From: Spirochaetaceae bacterium
Lineage (GTDB): Bacteria > Spirochaetota > Spirochaetia > DSM-2461
Length of the DNA stretch: 64,000 nt
Reading direction: 5' to 3'
Assembly: GCA_965224705.1 (NCBI GenBank)
Contig: OZ245056.1
Coordinates: forward strand, 224,001 to 288,000
Both the position numbers and the translations under genes were made by a program. Each line of letters opens with the position of its first letter. Position 1 is the stretch's first letter. Shown one piece after another: positions 9,478-19,251 of this stretch. The notes beneath the pieces were generated by a model. The model did not search any database. It worked only from the letters and a program-made list of their open reading frames with translations, and was not told the DNA's origin.

Positions 9478-9739
9478 TTTGGTGATTTTCTTTCCAGGGG
9501 TACTGATTAAACCTCTCCTTAAAAGTCCAGAATGGAATAAAAAGTTTGGTGAATAATTACCTTGAATCCTCTGCGTCCTCTGCGGTTAAAAAACCATGAG
9601 GGGGATATAAACCGCAGAAATCGCAGAGATACGCAGAGAAATATGGGATAAAAAATTGGTGAATAATTACTTTCATATGATGAAATAAGGTTACTGTACT
9701 TCATTAAACAGTGTAAAAAGAGTCCTGAAGAGCCACTGC

Positions 9740-10065
9740 TTTGTTGAGGAAAGGAAACGGCGTAAACAGCTTGTGCTGCAGAAGCTCGCAGATTACCATC
9801 CCGTGCAGGCTCCAAACGATGTGTGAACGGTTGATTTTAAATGCTGGTGGTATGCTAAAGACCGTCCCGCTGTGAGCCATTGACAGTCAGAGATGAGCTG
9901 TTTTATTCTGGAAGCGGTGATTTTGCCTTCCCCCCGCATAGAAGATGTTTAAATGACCTTTGAGAGGGTTTTTAAGCTGTATGGACTGCCCGGAGTCATC
10001 AAAAGTGATAATGGAAGTCCCTTTGCCAACGCTCGTTCAGTCCGAGGCCTCACACGCCTTTCTTA
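9740..10065 (+). pseudogene. Degraded DDE integrase-core transposase (IS481-like)
   Basis: VQAPNDV*TVDFK.WW...CEPLTVRDE, then FERVFKLYGLPGVIKSDNGSPFA...GLTRLS, with stops and frameshifts. Confidence 0.75.
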
Positions 10066-10214
10066 CAGCTGTGGCGCAGGGAATTCAACACCGTCAGGCC
10101 TCATGAAAGGTCATGTCGGCAGTTGTGGCATGGACAAGCTAAAAAGGCATATTTGCCGTGTTTTACTCGGCTTAATCCATTCACTACTGCATATTTCTGA
10201 TTTAAGATAACAGC

Positions 10215-11342
10215 ATGACAGGCGCCGATAATTATAATATTCAGGACATTATGTCCCATTTTGATCTACTGGGTGATTTTACCGATGCCGCTCCCTATGG
10301 GAACGGACATATAAACGATACCTTCGCAGTGAACTACCTGCAGGCCGGAGTTGAGATTCGCTATATTCTGCAGCGTATAAACGGTTTCGTATTCAAGGAA
10401 CCCGAGAAGCTGATGGAGAACGTAGGGCGGATATGTGATGAACTGCAGCGCCAGCTGAAGGCCGACGGCGTTCCTGATCCGTCGAGGCGCGCACTTACCA
10501 ATGTCAATGAGTTGTCGGGCCTTCCGTATTATAAGGATCCGGACGGAAACGTCTGGCGCGTCTATCTGTTTATAGAAGGCGCCGTGGGGTTCGATATAAT
10601 CGAAAATGAAGAGCAGGCTTATCAGGCCGCCGCCGCCTTCGGCGAGTTTCAGAAGCTCCTGACCAATATACCGGGTGGAAGACTGCATGAAACGATACCC
10701 GGATTCCATGATACGCCTAAGCGATTTGGAAGGTTCAGGGAGGTTCTTCTCCTGGACGCTGGGGGCCGGGCGGAGTCGGCAGGCTCCGAGATCGACTTCT
10801 TTCTGTCGTATGAATCACAAGTCGGCAGGCTTCTTGATCTGCATCGGCAGGGACTAATTCCGGAACGGGTAACTCATAACGATACGAAGCTGAACAATGT
10901 GTTGATTGATCTTAAAACCCATGAAGCGGTTTGCGTTATAGATCTCGATACCTCAATGCCGGGGCTCGCGCCCTATGATTTTGGTGACCTTGTCCGTACC
11001 TCGACTACTTCAACTGCCGAAGACGAGACAGATCTCTCGAAGATTGTATTCCTTCCCGAAATGTTCAAGGCTACAATTCGGGGATATCTCTCTACTGCGG
11101 GAGACTTTCTCACGAAGGCCGAACTTGATAACCTCGTGTTCGGCGGAATCCTGATGACTTATGAGGTCGGATTGAGATTTTTGACCGATTACCTCAAAGG
11201 CGATGTCTACTTCAAGACGGCCTACTCCGAACATAACCTTATCCGCTGCCGGACTCAAATGACTCTCGTGAAATTGATGGAAGAGAATCGTGATTCACTT
11301 GAGAAATATGCACTGGAGGAGTACAACCGACTGTCGTCATGA
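10215..11342 (+). CDS. Phosphotransferase (APH/choline kinase fold), N-acetylhexosamine 1-kinase-like
   Basis: YGNGHINDT, LQRIN, ETIPGFHDT, RVTHNDTKLNN, VIDLDT, YDFGD. Confidence 0.85.
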   Translation: MTGADNYNIQDIMSHFDLLGDFTDAAPYGNGHINDTFAVNYLQAGVEIRYILQRINGFVFKEPEKLMENVGRICDELQRQLKADGVPDPSRRALTNVNELSGLPYYKDPDGNVWRVYLFIEGAVGFDIIENEEQAYQAAAAFGEFQKLLTNIPGGRLHETIPGFHDTPKRFGRFREVLLLDAGGRAESAGSEIDFFLSYESQVGRLLDLHRQGLIPERVTHNDTKLNNVLIDLKTHEAVCVIDLDTSMPGLAPYDFGDLVRTSTTSTAEDETDLSKIVFLPEMFKATIRGYLSTAGDFLTKAELDNLVFGGILMTYEVGLRFLTDYLKGDVYFKTAYSEHNLIRCRTQMTLVKLMEENRDSLEKYALEEYNRLSS

Positions 11343-12251
11343 TTCTCTCCAGCCCTCGCTCTTGAGCTTTATCGATGACGAGTACTCCGAGGGAGTAAAT
11401 CCGGTAAAACGCTTGAACATCTTTGAGAAATACTGCTGGGATGAAAATCCCAGAATATCACAGATCTGAGTAAAATTATATTTCCCCTCGCGTATAAGCT
11501 GTTTAGCTTTTTCAAGCTTCACTCTTTTGTAATACTCCATGACGCTGTGGCCCGTTCTTTCCCGGAACACCTGATATAGATATGAACGACTGTATCCAAT
11601 CGAGCCGCAGATGTCGTCGAGGTGAAATTCCGCGGACATATTATTTTCGAGGAAGTTGACAACCCTATTGAAGGCCCACTCTTTCGTTCGCTGGTTAATC
11701 GAACTCGAGATCTTGTCTCTCGTCGAAATATCGGTGCCGCGTCTTATCAGCCTTACCAGCATCTCCTCAAGATAGAGCAGAATCATATTCTCGCATCCGA
11801 ACGGAGCCGCCTCCCGCCGCACAAGTCCCTGGCTCAGGGGATCGTCGAGCGGTGAGCTGAACGCGCGTCCGGCCTCATGGATAATCTGCGCAAGCAGGGT
11901 ATGTTCCTGTTCGGCAATCCTCAGTATCTTTTCGGAAAACCAGGCGGCTGCGGGGCTCCGGCAGCTGTAGGATACCACAACGAGGTTGGGGGCGGTTTCG
12001 CCGTTTGCTCGCAGTCTGTGAAATTCTCCCGGCTGGTGAAATATCAGATCTCCCTTGAAGAGGGTGTGGTGTTTTTTATCGGTGAATACCTCGACTAAGC
12101 CGTTATCCACATAGAGCAGTTCCCAGAAATTATGGGCTTCGCCGGGGAAGTAGAAGTCCTTCGTATACTCGAAGTAGTGGATCGTATATATTTGATCGAC
12201 TGCGATTTCCTTCTTCATCGTGGTTCCATAATATTTGGGATTCTCCCTCAT
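11337..12251 (-). CDS. AraC family regulator with cupin domain
   Basis: GEAHNFWELLYVD; C-terminal LEKAKQLI...LGFSSQQYFSKMFKRFTGFTPSEY. Confidence 0.92.
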   Translation of the reverse strand: MRENPKYYGTTMKKEIAVDQIYTIHYFEYTKDFYFPGEAHNFWELLYVDNGLVEVFTDKKHHTLFKGDLIFHQPGEFHRLRANGETAPNLVVVSYSCRSPAAAWFSEKILRIAEQEHTLLAQIIHEAGRAFSSPLDDPLSQGLVRREAAPFGCENMILLYLEEMLVRLIRRGTDISTRDKISSSINQRTKEWAFNRVVNFLENNMSAEFHLDDICGSIGYSRSYLYQVFRERTGHSVMEYYKRVKLEKAKQLIREGKYNFTQICDILGFSSQQYFSKMFKRFTGFTPSEYSSSIKLKSEGWRES

Positions 12252-12398
12252 TGATACAGAATAGTTCTAAAGTACCGTAAAAACAAGCAAAAAAAATAAC
12301 CGTATAGACCAAAAGATAGGGATTCTATAACTCTAACCCATGCTATACTTTTTCAGTGAGCAGTTGTGCTCAAGGAACATTTATATAAGGAGTGTTTA

Positions 12399-13676
12399 AT
12401 GAAAAGGATAGTCCTATTACTGATTATCGCGGCAGTATTAATTCCGTCGATGCCGTTATTCGCTAAAGGCGAGCAGGAAGCTGGCGAATCTGTTAATCTT
12501 GTATACTGGTCGATGTGGAACGAAACAGAACCGCAGGCCATGGTACTCAAAAAAGCAATCAAGGATTTCGAAGACAAGAACCCCGGCGTCAGAGTGGACG
12601 TGCAGTGGAACGGTCGTGAGATCAGAAAAACTCTGCAGCCTGCACTTGATGCAGGAACGAAGATCGATATCTGGGATGAGGATCTTGAGCGTATCGTCAA
12701 GACATGGCAGAGCTATGCAGTCAGCATGGATTCATACTACGACAACACATACCCGACTACCGGCGGGAAGGCTTTCAAAGATACGGTTATGGGTTCGCTC
12801 CAGGCGCTGCTGAAGAGTTTCTCCTCCGACGGAAGTCTCTATGCGGTTCCCTATCAGCCGATGGTTCTCGTAACATTTTACAACAAGGATCATTTCAGGA
12901 AGGCAGGCATCACAAAACCTCCGACTACCTGGGATGAGTTCCTCGACGTCTGTGAAAAACTGAAATCAGCCGGATTTATCCCGATGACCCTCGACGACGC
13001 CTACATGGAGCTTCCACTCGGCATGCACCTGAACAGAGTCTTCGGAAACTATCAGGATGTTGAGGCTCTCGCAAAAGACAAGACCGGCAAACTCTGGGAC
13101 GACCCCCGGGTCCTTGAAGCTGCAAAGGCCTTTGAATCTCTTGCAAGCAGAGGTTATATCTCACCCCAGCTTGAATCGAACAAATGGCCTGCAGGTCAGC
13201 AGGAAGTTGCGACCGATCAGGTTTCAATGTATATGCTCAACGGCACCTGGCTTCCCAATGAAGTAAAGGGCACCACCGGCCCGGATTTTCCGTGGGGACA
13301 GTTTGCATGGCCGGTTGTTGATTCTGCAATCGGTTCGGACGCAGGTACCTACGGTGCACAGGGTTTTCAGATTAGCAAGGACTGTGCTAATCCCGATGCT
13401 GCATTTGCTCTTCTTGCCCACCTGACAACAGGAAACTGGGACAAGGAAATGGCTGCGAACACTCTGGGTGCTCCGATGGACACATCCATGCCGTGGCCGG
13501 AAGCAATTGCCGACTGTAAGGTTGTCTTCGAAGGACTCAAATCATGGGTACCCTGGAGCGGCGGTCTTGCTGCCGACACCGACGCCTTCCCCGTCATTAA
13601 GGCGGAATACACGGCTCTTCTTGCCGGAACGATTACTGCTGAAGAATTTGTTGAAAACATCAAAGCCAAGCTATAA
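12399..13676 (+). CDS. Carbohydrate ABC transporter substrate-binding protein
   Basis: AAGGAG RBS, spirochaete-type signal FAKGEQE, YWSMWNETEPQ, FYNKDHF, PTTWDEF. Confidence 0.92.
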   Translation: MKRIVLLLIIAAVLIPSMPLFAKGEQEAGESVNLVYWSMWNETEPQAMVLKKAIKDFEDKNPGVRVDVQWNGREIRKTLQPALDAGTKIDIWDEDLERIVKTWQSYAVSMDSYYDNTYPTTGGKAFKDTVMGSLQALLKSFSSDGSLYAVPYQPMVLVTFYNKDHFRKAGITKPPTTWDEFLDVCEKLKSAGFIPMTLDDAYMELPLGMHLNRVFGNYQDVEALAKDKTGKLWDDPRVLEAAKAFESLASRGYISPQLESNKWPAGQQEVATDQVSMYMLNGTWLPNEVKGTTGPDFPWGQFAWPVVDSAIGSDAGTYGAQGFQISKDCANPDAAFALLAHLTTGNWDKEMAANTLGAPMDTSMPWPEAIADCKVVFEGLKSWVPWSGGLAADTDAFPVIKAEYTALLAGTITAEEFVENIKAKL

Positions 13677-13690
13677 TATCTGACCAATCG

Positions 13691-13719
13691 GCCCTCCCTC
13701 ATTGAGGGAGGGCTTTTTT
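13691..13719 (+). terminator. Stem-loop with T tract after the SBP gene (terminator or stabiliser)
   Basis: gccctccctc-att-gagggagggc-tttttt. Confidence 0.75.
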
Positions 13720-13746
13720 CTTATTCCATTCATCAGGATTATTTTT

Positions 13747-14661
13747 ATGAAACGAAATAGAACAATGATGATTACCTTCCTGACTCCGGCTCTTGTATGT
13801 TTTGCAATTGTCTTTCTGTATCCGATTACTCGTACTGTTTTCATGAGCTTTTTCTATGTTCAAACGGTAACGGACGGGTTGGGGAAGTGGGAATTTGTCG
13901 CTCTGAGCAATTACGCGAAACTTTTTGAAAGTCCCATGTTTATTCAGTCTCTGAAAAATATTTTTAGTATCTGGCTGTGGGGCGGAATCGGAGTATTCAT
14001 CACGGCAGTTTTTTTCTCGGTGCTGCTGACATCCGGCTTCAAGGGAAAGTCGTTCTATCGGGCGGCGATCTATCTTCCAAACGTAGTTTCAGCAGTCGCA
14101 ATGGCTACGATGTGGATACAGTATGCCTTTAACAGTAAATATGGCTTATTTCATTCGGTTTTTGAATTTCTAGGTATGGAAAAACTGGCGGCCTTCCCCT
14201 GGACGAGCCCCGAGAATCAGTTTGTCGCAATGACGATTGCATACTGTTTCGGTATGGTCGGTTATTTCGTACTGATATTCATGGCTGGTATCGAGAAGAT
14301 TCCAACCGACTATTATGAAGCCGCAACGATCGAGGGTGCCAACATCTTTAAAAGTTTTACTCATATAACTATCCCGTTAATCCAGGGAGTAATGAGGACT
14401 GCAATCGTCATGTGGTCGGTCGGTTGTATCGCCTTCTTCATCTGGTCGATGATGTTCTCGCCGCTGGATCCGGACGTAGGCACCATTACTCCGATGGTTT
14501 ACATGTATAATCTTGTATTCGGGCGGAATCTGACACCGACTGATCCGAGACTTCTTAACGCCGGCGCAGGTGCGGCCGTAGGCGTCCTGATGACTGTACT
14601 GACGATATTCGTATTCGGGATTGTAAACCTCGTCTTCAAAGATAAAAAGCTACAGTATTAG
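13747..14661 (+). CDS. Carbohydrate ABC permease
   Basis: Hydrophobic; EAA loop YYEAATIEGA. Confidence 0.92.
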   Translation: MKRNRTMMITFLTPALVCFAIVFLYPITRTVFMSFFYVQTVTDGLGKWEFVALSNYAKLFESPMFIQSLKNIFSIWLWGGIGVFITAVFFSVLLTSGFKGKSFYRAAIYLPNVVSAVAMATMWIQYAFNSKYGLFHSVFEFLGMEKLAAFPWTSPENQFVAMTIAYCFGMVGYFVLIFMAGIEKIPTDYYEAATIEGANIFKSFTHITIPLIQGVMRTAIVMWSVGCIAFFIWSMMFSPLDPDVGTITPMVYMYNLVFGRNLTPTDPRLLNAGAGAAVGVLMTVLTIFVFGIVNLVFKDKKLQY

Positions 14662-14668
14662 AGAATGG

Positions 14669-15529
14669 GTGAGTAAAATGGTTACCAGTAAATCGACACT
14701 TAATAAATACACTCTGAGAAAGATTCCCGGTTATATATTACTGAACCTCTGGGTTCTTTTTACTGCTGTTCTGATCGGCTGGATCGTTGTGGCCTCTTTA
14801 TCATCGACCAGAGAAATCTTCACCAATACGCTGCTGGAATCCGGACTGCATTTTGAGAATTATGTCAATGCGTTTACTACTCATCATGTAGGTCAGTATC
14901 TGCTCAACAGTATAATCTATACGCTGACCGGAAGCGTCGGTATAATCGTCATAGCCGCTCCATGCGCCTATGTTCTGGCGAGGTATCCGTTTCGCGGCAA
15001 TAAACTCATTCAGAATATGTTCGTCGGTTCGCTGGGCGTCCCGCAGATAATGATTATTCTCCCGCTGTTTTTTCTTGCGTCGATTACGAAGCTTACCAAC
15101 TCGAGAACGCTGCTGATTTTTCTGTATATTGCAATGAATGTACCGTTTACGGTATTTTTCCTGATCAGTTTTTTTGCTACTCTCCCTACTTCCTTTGAAG
15201 AGGCGGCCGCTATAGACGGATGTTCGCCGATCAAAACTTTCTGGACTATCATGTTTCCGCTGGCGCAGCCCGGAATAATCACGGTCGGGATTTTCAATTT
15301 CATCGTGCTCTGGAACGAGTTTTTCATTGCGCTGATCTTCGCAAATACCTCTGAACTGAGACCGCTTGCCGTCGGTTTGTACACCATGGTTCAATCCATG
15401 CGGTATATCGGTGACTGGGCAGGGATGTTTGCGGCGGTCGTTATTGTTTTCGTTCCGACGTTCATTCTCTACCTCTTCCTGTCTCAGAAGATAATCGCAG
15501 GCGTGACCGGTGGGGCAATAAAAGAATAA
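14669..15529 (+). CDS. Carbohydrate ABC permease
   Basis: EEAAAIDGC, WNEF, GVTGGAIKE. Confidence 0.92.
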   Translation: MSKMVTSKSTLNKYTLRKIPGYILLNLWVLFTAVLIGWIVVASLSSTREIFTNTLLESGLHFENYVNAFTTHHVGQYLLNSIIYTLTGSVGIIVIAAPCAYVLARYPFRGNKLIQNMFVGSLGVPQIMIILPLFFLASITKLTNSRTLLIFLYIAMNVPFTVFFLISFFATLPTSFEEAAAIDGCSPIKTFWTIMFPLAQPGIITVGIFNFIVLWNEFFIALIFANTSELRPLAVGLYTMVQSMRYIGDWAGMFAAVVIVFVPTFILYLFLSQKIIAGVTGGAIKE

Positions 15530-15533
15530 GAAT

Positions 15534-17555
15534 ATGAAGGCATATATCGAGACTCTGAATATAACCGGCTCGCTGCCGGGCGGTGAAAATCCGCTCCCGG
15601 CATTGAGGAGCTTCGAAACCGAGAAACCGCTGTCTTATGACGACAGTTTTCTCAAAGAAGATAAGGTGCTCTTCGGAGCCGAAACAGGATTCAGGATTCT
15701 GCCCTACCGGATGCAGGATGTTTACGGTAGAGATCGAACGCAGCTTGAGCTGAAATCAATTATTCTTGAGAATGAACACCTTCAGGCGGTCTTCCTTCCG
15801 GAATACGGCGGACGTCTATCCTCGTTGACCGAGAAAGATTCCGGACGTGAACTGCTCTTTAAGAATCCGGTGTTCCAGCCCGCCAACCTCGCTCAGCGCG
15901 ATGCCTGGTACTCCGGGGGTATCGAATGGAATATCGGGCGGTTCGGCCATACGGTCTTCACATGCTCACCTTTGTTTTTTGCTAAATTGATTGATGACGA
16001 CGGCAATGAGTTTCTGCGCGCCTGGGAGTATGAGAGAGTCAACCGGACCTTCTTCTCTATGGATTTTCATTTGCCCGGCGGGGCGAAGCAGCTTGCCGTT
16101 CATGTTCGTATAATAAACGACAATCCTCATGAAGTTCCGATGTACTGGTGGACGAATACGGCCGTGCGTGAAGAGAAAAATGTCAGGATTCTGAGTTCAA
16201 CAGAAGACGTCCTCTACATTAAACCTGAATCAAACCGGAAACAGAACAGTATACATGAGTTCGGCCGCGGTACAATGACCGATCTGGGTTCGCTGCCAGG
16301 GAAGGATCCGTCCTACCCCCAGCAGTTTGACTTCTCGTCGGAGTATTTCTTTCAGACTCAGCCTGACAAAGCCTGCCCCTGGGAGGCCGCAGCCTATGAC
16401 GACGGCTTTACTTTTTTCGAAAAATCGACAGCGATGCTGCGATATCGAAAGATGTTCTGCTGGGGAATGCATAAGGGCGGCCGGCATTGGTGCGATTACC
16501 TCTCGGAGCCCGGAAAAGGCGACTACCTCGAAATACAGGCGGGGCTCGCGCCGTCGCAGGTTCACGGTCTCATGATGCCCGGCGCATCCGAATGGAGTTT
16601 CACCGAATTCTTCGGTGCCTTTGATGCCGATCCGGGCAGGGTGTCCGGAGATTGGGATGATTCGAGCAGATACATTGAGTCGGTAATCGACGGGCTTCTT
16701 CCCGACCGGGAACTTGAGCTGCTCGACGAAGGTTATCGGAAATATTCCGTGCGGACTCCTATAGAACTGCTGCATTCCGGCTCCGGCTGGGGCGCCCTTG
16801 AAGCCCGTCGTCGTGAGGCCGACGATGACGACAGGAAAATGCCGACAGGACTGCTGTTCGAAAATGAACAGATGGAATCGGAGCAGTCTCCCTGGTTGGG
16901 GCTGCTGAACGGTAAGCCGCTGACGGAGTTAACGTCGTGGATGACTGATCCGAACTGGGAGGCCCGTCTGCAGCAGGTGGCCGATTCGGATTCGGAGAAC
17001 CCTCTGCCGCTGCTCCATCTCGGACTGCTTTATCATGAGGAGGGCAGGACCGACGACGCACTCAGGCTGTGGATCGATTCGCTGCGTCGTGAAGATACTG
17101 CGCTTGCACGACGGAATATAGCGATGCTGCAATACGGCCGCGGCAATACGGCAGAGGCCGTTGAATCGCTGCGGCGAGCGTTTGAACTCGAGCAGCCCGA
17201 ACCTTCTGCGGCTCTGACCGTCGAACTCATCGGCATGCTGTGCAAAACCGGCGGACACGCCGGGGCCTGGGAACTGTTTGAAGACCTGCCTGATGAGACT
17301 AAGACGGATGAAAAAATCGCAGTCGCCGCAGCCGAGGCTGCCTCCGAACTCGGGAACGACGATTATCTTCATGATGTATTCGGCCGTCCGCTGGCCTACA
17401 TAAAGGAAGGTGAGACGAAGTTAGTTGAATACTGGTACCGGATGCAGGCGCGGCGGATCGCTGCAGAGAAGGGGGTAGACGCTGGCGACGCCGAGTTTGA
17501 GGAGGCCCGTAAAAACTGTCCTCCGCCCGCAGCGATTGATTTCATGATGGTTTAG
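15534..17555 (+). CDS. DUF5107-like protein with C-terminal TPRs
   Basis: LENEHL..VFLPEYGGRL, NPVFQPANLAQRDAWYSGGIEWN, MYWWTN, YLEIQAG. Confidence 0.8.
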   Translation: MKAYIETLNITGSLPGGENPLPALRSFETEKPLSYDDSFLKEDKVLFGAETGFRILPYRMQDVYGRDRTQLELKSIILENEHLQAVFLPEYGGRLSSLTEKDSGRELLFKNPVFQPANLAQRDAWYSGGIEWNIGRFGHTVFTCSPLFFAKLIDDDGNEFLRAWEYERVNRTFFSMDFHLPGGAKQLAVHVRIINDNPHEVPMYWWTNTAVREEKNVRILSSTEDVLYIKPESNRKQNSIHEFGRGTMTDLGSLPGKDPSYPQQFDFSSEYFFQTQPDKACPWEAAAYDDGFTFFEKSTAMLRYRKMFCWGMHKGGRHWCDYLSEPGKGDYLEIQAGLAPSQVHGLMMPGASEWSFTEFFGAFDADPGRVSGDWDDSSRYIESVIDGLLPDRELELLDEGYRKYSVRTPIELLHSGSGWGALEARRREADDDDRKMPTGLLFENEQMESEQSPWLGLLNGKPLTELTSWMTDPNWEARLQQVADSDSENPLPLLHLGLLYHEEGRTDDALRLWIDSLRREDTALARRNIAMLQYGRGNTAEAVESLRRAFELEQPEPSAALTVELIGMLCKTGGHAGAWELFEDLPDETKTDEKIAVAAAEAASELGNDDYLHDVFGRPLAYIKEGETKLVEYWYRMQARRIAAEKGVDAGDAEFEEARKNCPPPAAIDFMMV

Positions 17556-17559
17556 AACC

Positions 17560-18025
17560 CCAGACGTTCCGACGGTCGGTCCATCGGTAGGAGTATCTGC
17601 TCAGGATGTAAATACTGACGCCGGGTAGCCGGATATCTTCACGGTTCCGGCTGTGCTCGACCATTATGCTGCGGCTTATCGGCTTGAGGGCCTGATTCCA
17701 GATGCGTCTCGCTGCCGTTGGGGAGGATGGATCTGATGCCCTGTTCCACATGATACCCGAAAGAGCCCATAGAGATTTGTCCAGTACACTTCAACATCAA
17801 TGATCTTCAATTCCTTCTCCATATATTCGGGAGTATTCTTCTGACAGTGCTATTTGCCCGGTCGAAGTTCACAGTCCAGCATATACCCCCTGTACGGGTC
17901 AAAGTTTCTGTGGTAGTATCTATCTTCATAGGGCTCACCTCCTGGGTAAATTGGATTTTCGATATTAATTCACTATATCACAGAAGATTGAGCCTTTGTT
18001 TTTTACTTTTTCATACGGATTCAGG
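17560..18025 (-). mobile_element. Degraded IS1380-like remnant (left end plus N-terminal transposase fragment)
   Basis: End cctgaatccgtat (18013-18025, minus); GGAGG-led MKIDTTTETLTRTGG; PSSPT motif; stops. Confidence 0.45.
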
Positions 18026-18057
18026 ATAGGTCATAAACATTCCCGTGGAAGATCTAA

Positions 18058-19178
18058 GTGGAAAAACAGTACCATTTAAGACTTGATGAAGCTGTTATGA
18101 ATCAGGTCAAAATAACCGCCGCTTTACAGGATATGACCGTGAAGAAGTATACCTCTTATGTCTCCGAAGTCGCCGAAGCCACATCTGAATACGGGATTTG
18201 TGCTTTTCGTTTTATTGACCTTTTTGCGGGAATTGGGGGCTTGAGAATCGCTTTTGAAAGAGCAGGGGGGAAATGCGTATTTTCTTCTGAATACAATAAA
18301 TTTTCCAAGGAGACCTATGCCGCCAATTTTCTGGAAATGCCGAAAGGTGATATTACCCAGATTCACGAAAAACTTATACCGGACCACGACCTTCTTGTCG
18401 CCGGTTTCCCCTGCCAACCCTTTTCCATCGCCGGAGTGTCAAAGAAAAAAAGTCTGGGTAAATCCCGCGGATTTCTTGATAAAACACAGGGAACACTGTT
18501 TTTTGATATAGTAAGAATTCTACGACATAAAAGACCGTTGGCTTTCCTGTTGGAGAATGTTAAAAATCTCACATCCCACGATAAGGGAAACACCTTTCAG
18601 ATTATAAGCGAAACGCTTCACAATCTTGGTTATGAGATGTTTTATCAGGTTCTTGAGGTAAGTATTACACACCCCAGCACCGGGAGCGGATTTTTATCGC
18701 TGGGTTTGATAGAATGATATACGGAAATAACATCCCTTTCGTTTTTCCCGATATACCCCAAACGACTCCCAGGCTGAAAGATATTCTGGAAAAGAAAGTA
18801 GACCCCAAATATACATTGACTGATCATTTATGGGACTATCTACAAAGATACGCCAAAGAACATAAAAAGAAAGGGAACGGTTTTGGATTTGGTGTGGCCA
18901 ATTTAAACGGGATCACGAGAACATTGAGCGCAAGATATTATAAAGATGGATCGGAGATACTCATTCCACAAAAAGATAAAAATCCCCGAAGACTGACACC
19001 GAGAGAATGCGCCCGATTGCAGGGATTTTCTGATGATTTTAAAATTGTAGTCTCCGACACGCAGGCGTATCGGCAGTTCGGCAATTCCGTTGTCGTACCG
19101 CTTGCATGTGAAGTTGCAGAGAAGATAGTCAACGTCATGGATATGGGAAATGCTCATACAGGGGTGGTTTCACTATGA
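18058..19178 (+). pseudogene. dcm: C5 cytosine methyltransferase, Dcm/M.EcoRII-like, split by a frameshift at ~18655
   Basis: [28 protein letters not shown] in the other frame; [27 protein letters not shown]. Confidence 0.85.
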
Positions 19179-19251
19179 AATCAAGCGCGGGAACTATTAT
19201 TAAAAAGTGTATTTTGAACACGTTTATTGAATTCACAGAACAAAAAACGGC

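Larger units (their letters stand above)
1..9690. repeat. Tandem array of ~1.1-1.5 kb units (Rpn-like gene plus palindromic repeat modules); left end probably outside the window
   Basis: Six near-identical ORFs and recurring intergenic blocks; the window starts inside a repeat module and homology stops at ~9690 (ggttactgta) before an IS remnant. Confidence 0.95.

Noticed and set aside
1..9690. CRISPR array
   Set aside because: Repeats are long composite palindromes separated by genes, not by unique 30-40 bp spacers; no cas genes
1..9690. Classical integron
   Set aside because: No tyrosine integrase, and modules lack RYYYAAC...GTTRRRY attC ends; the analogy is architectural only
1194..9815. 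Short ORFs across the repeat modules (e.g. 1194-1475, 4144-4671, 5761-6015, 9519-9815) and plus-strand ORFs inside the Rpn-like genes
   Set aside because: Frames are not conserved between repeat copies, or they are antisense shadows of real genes
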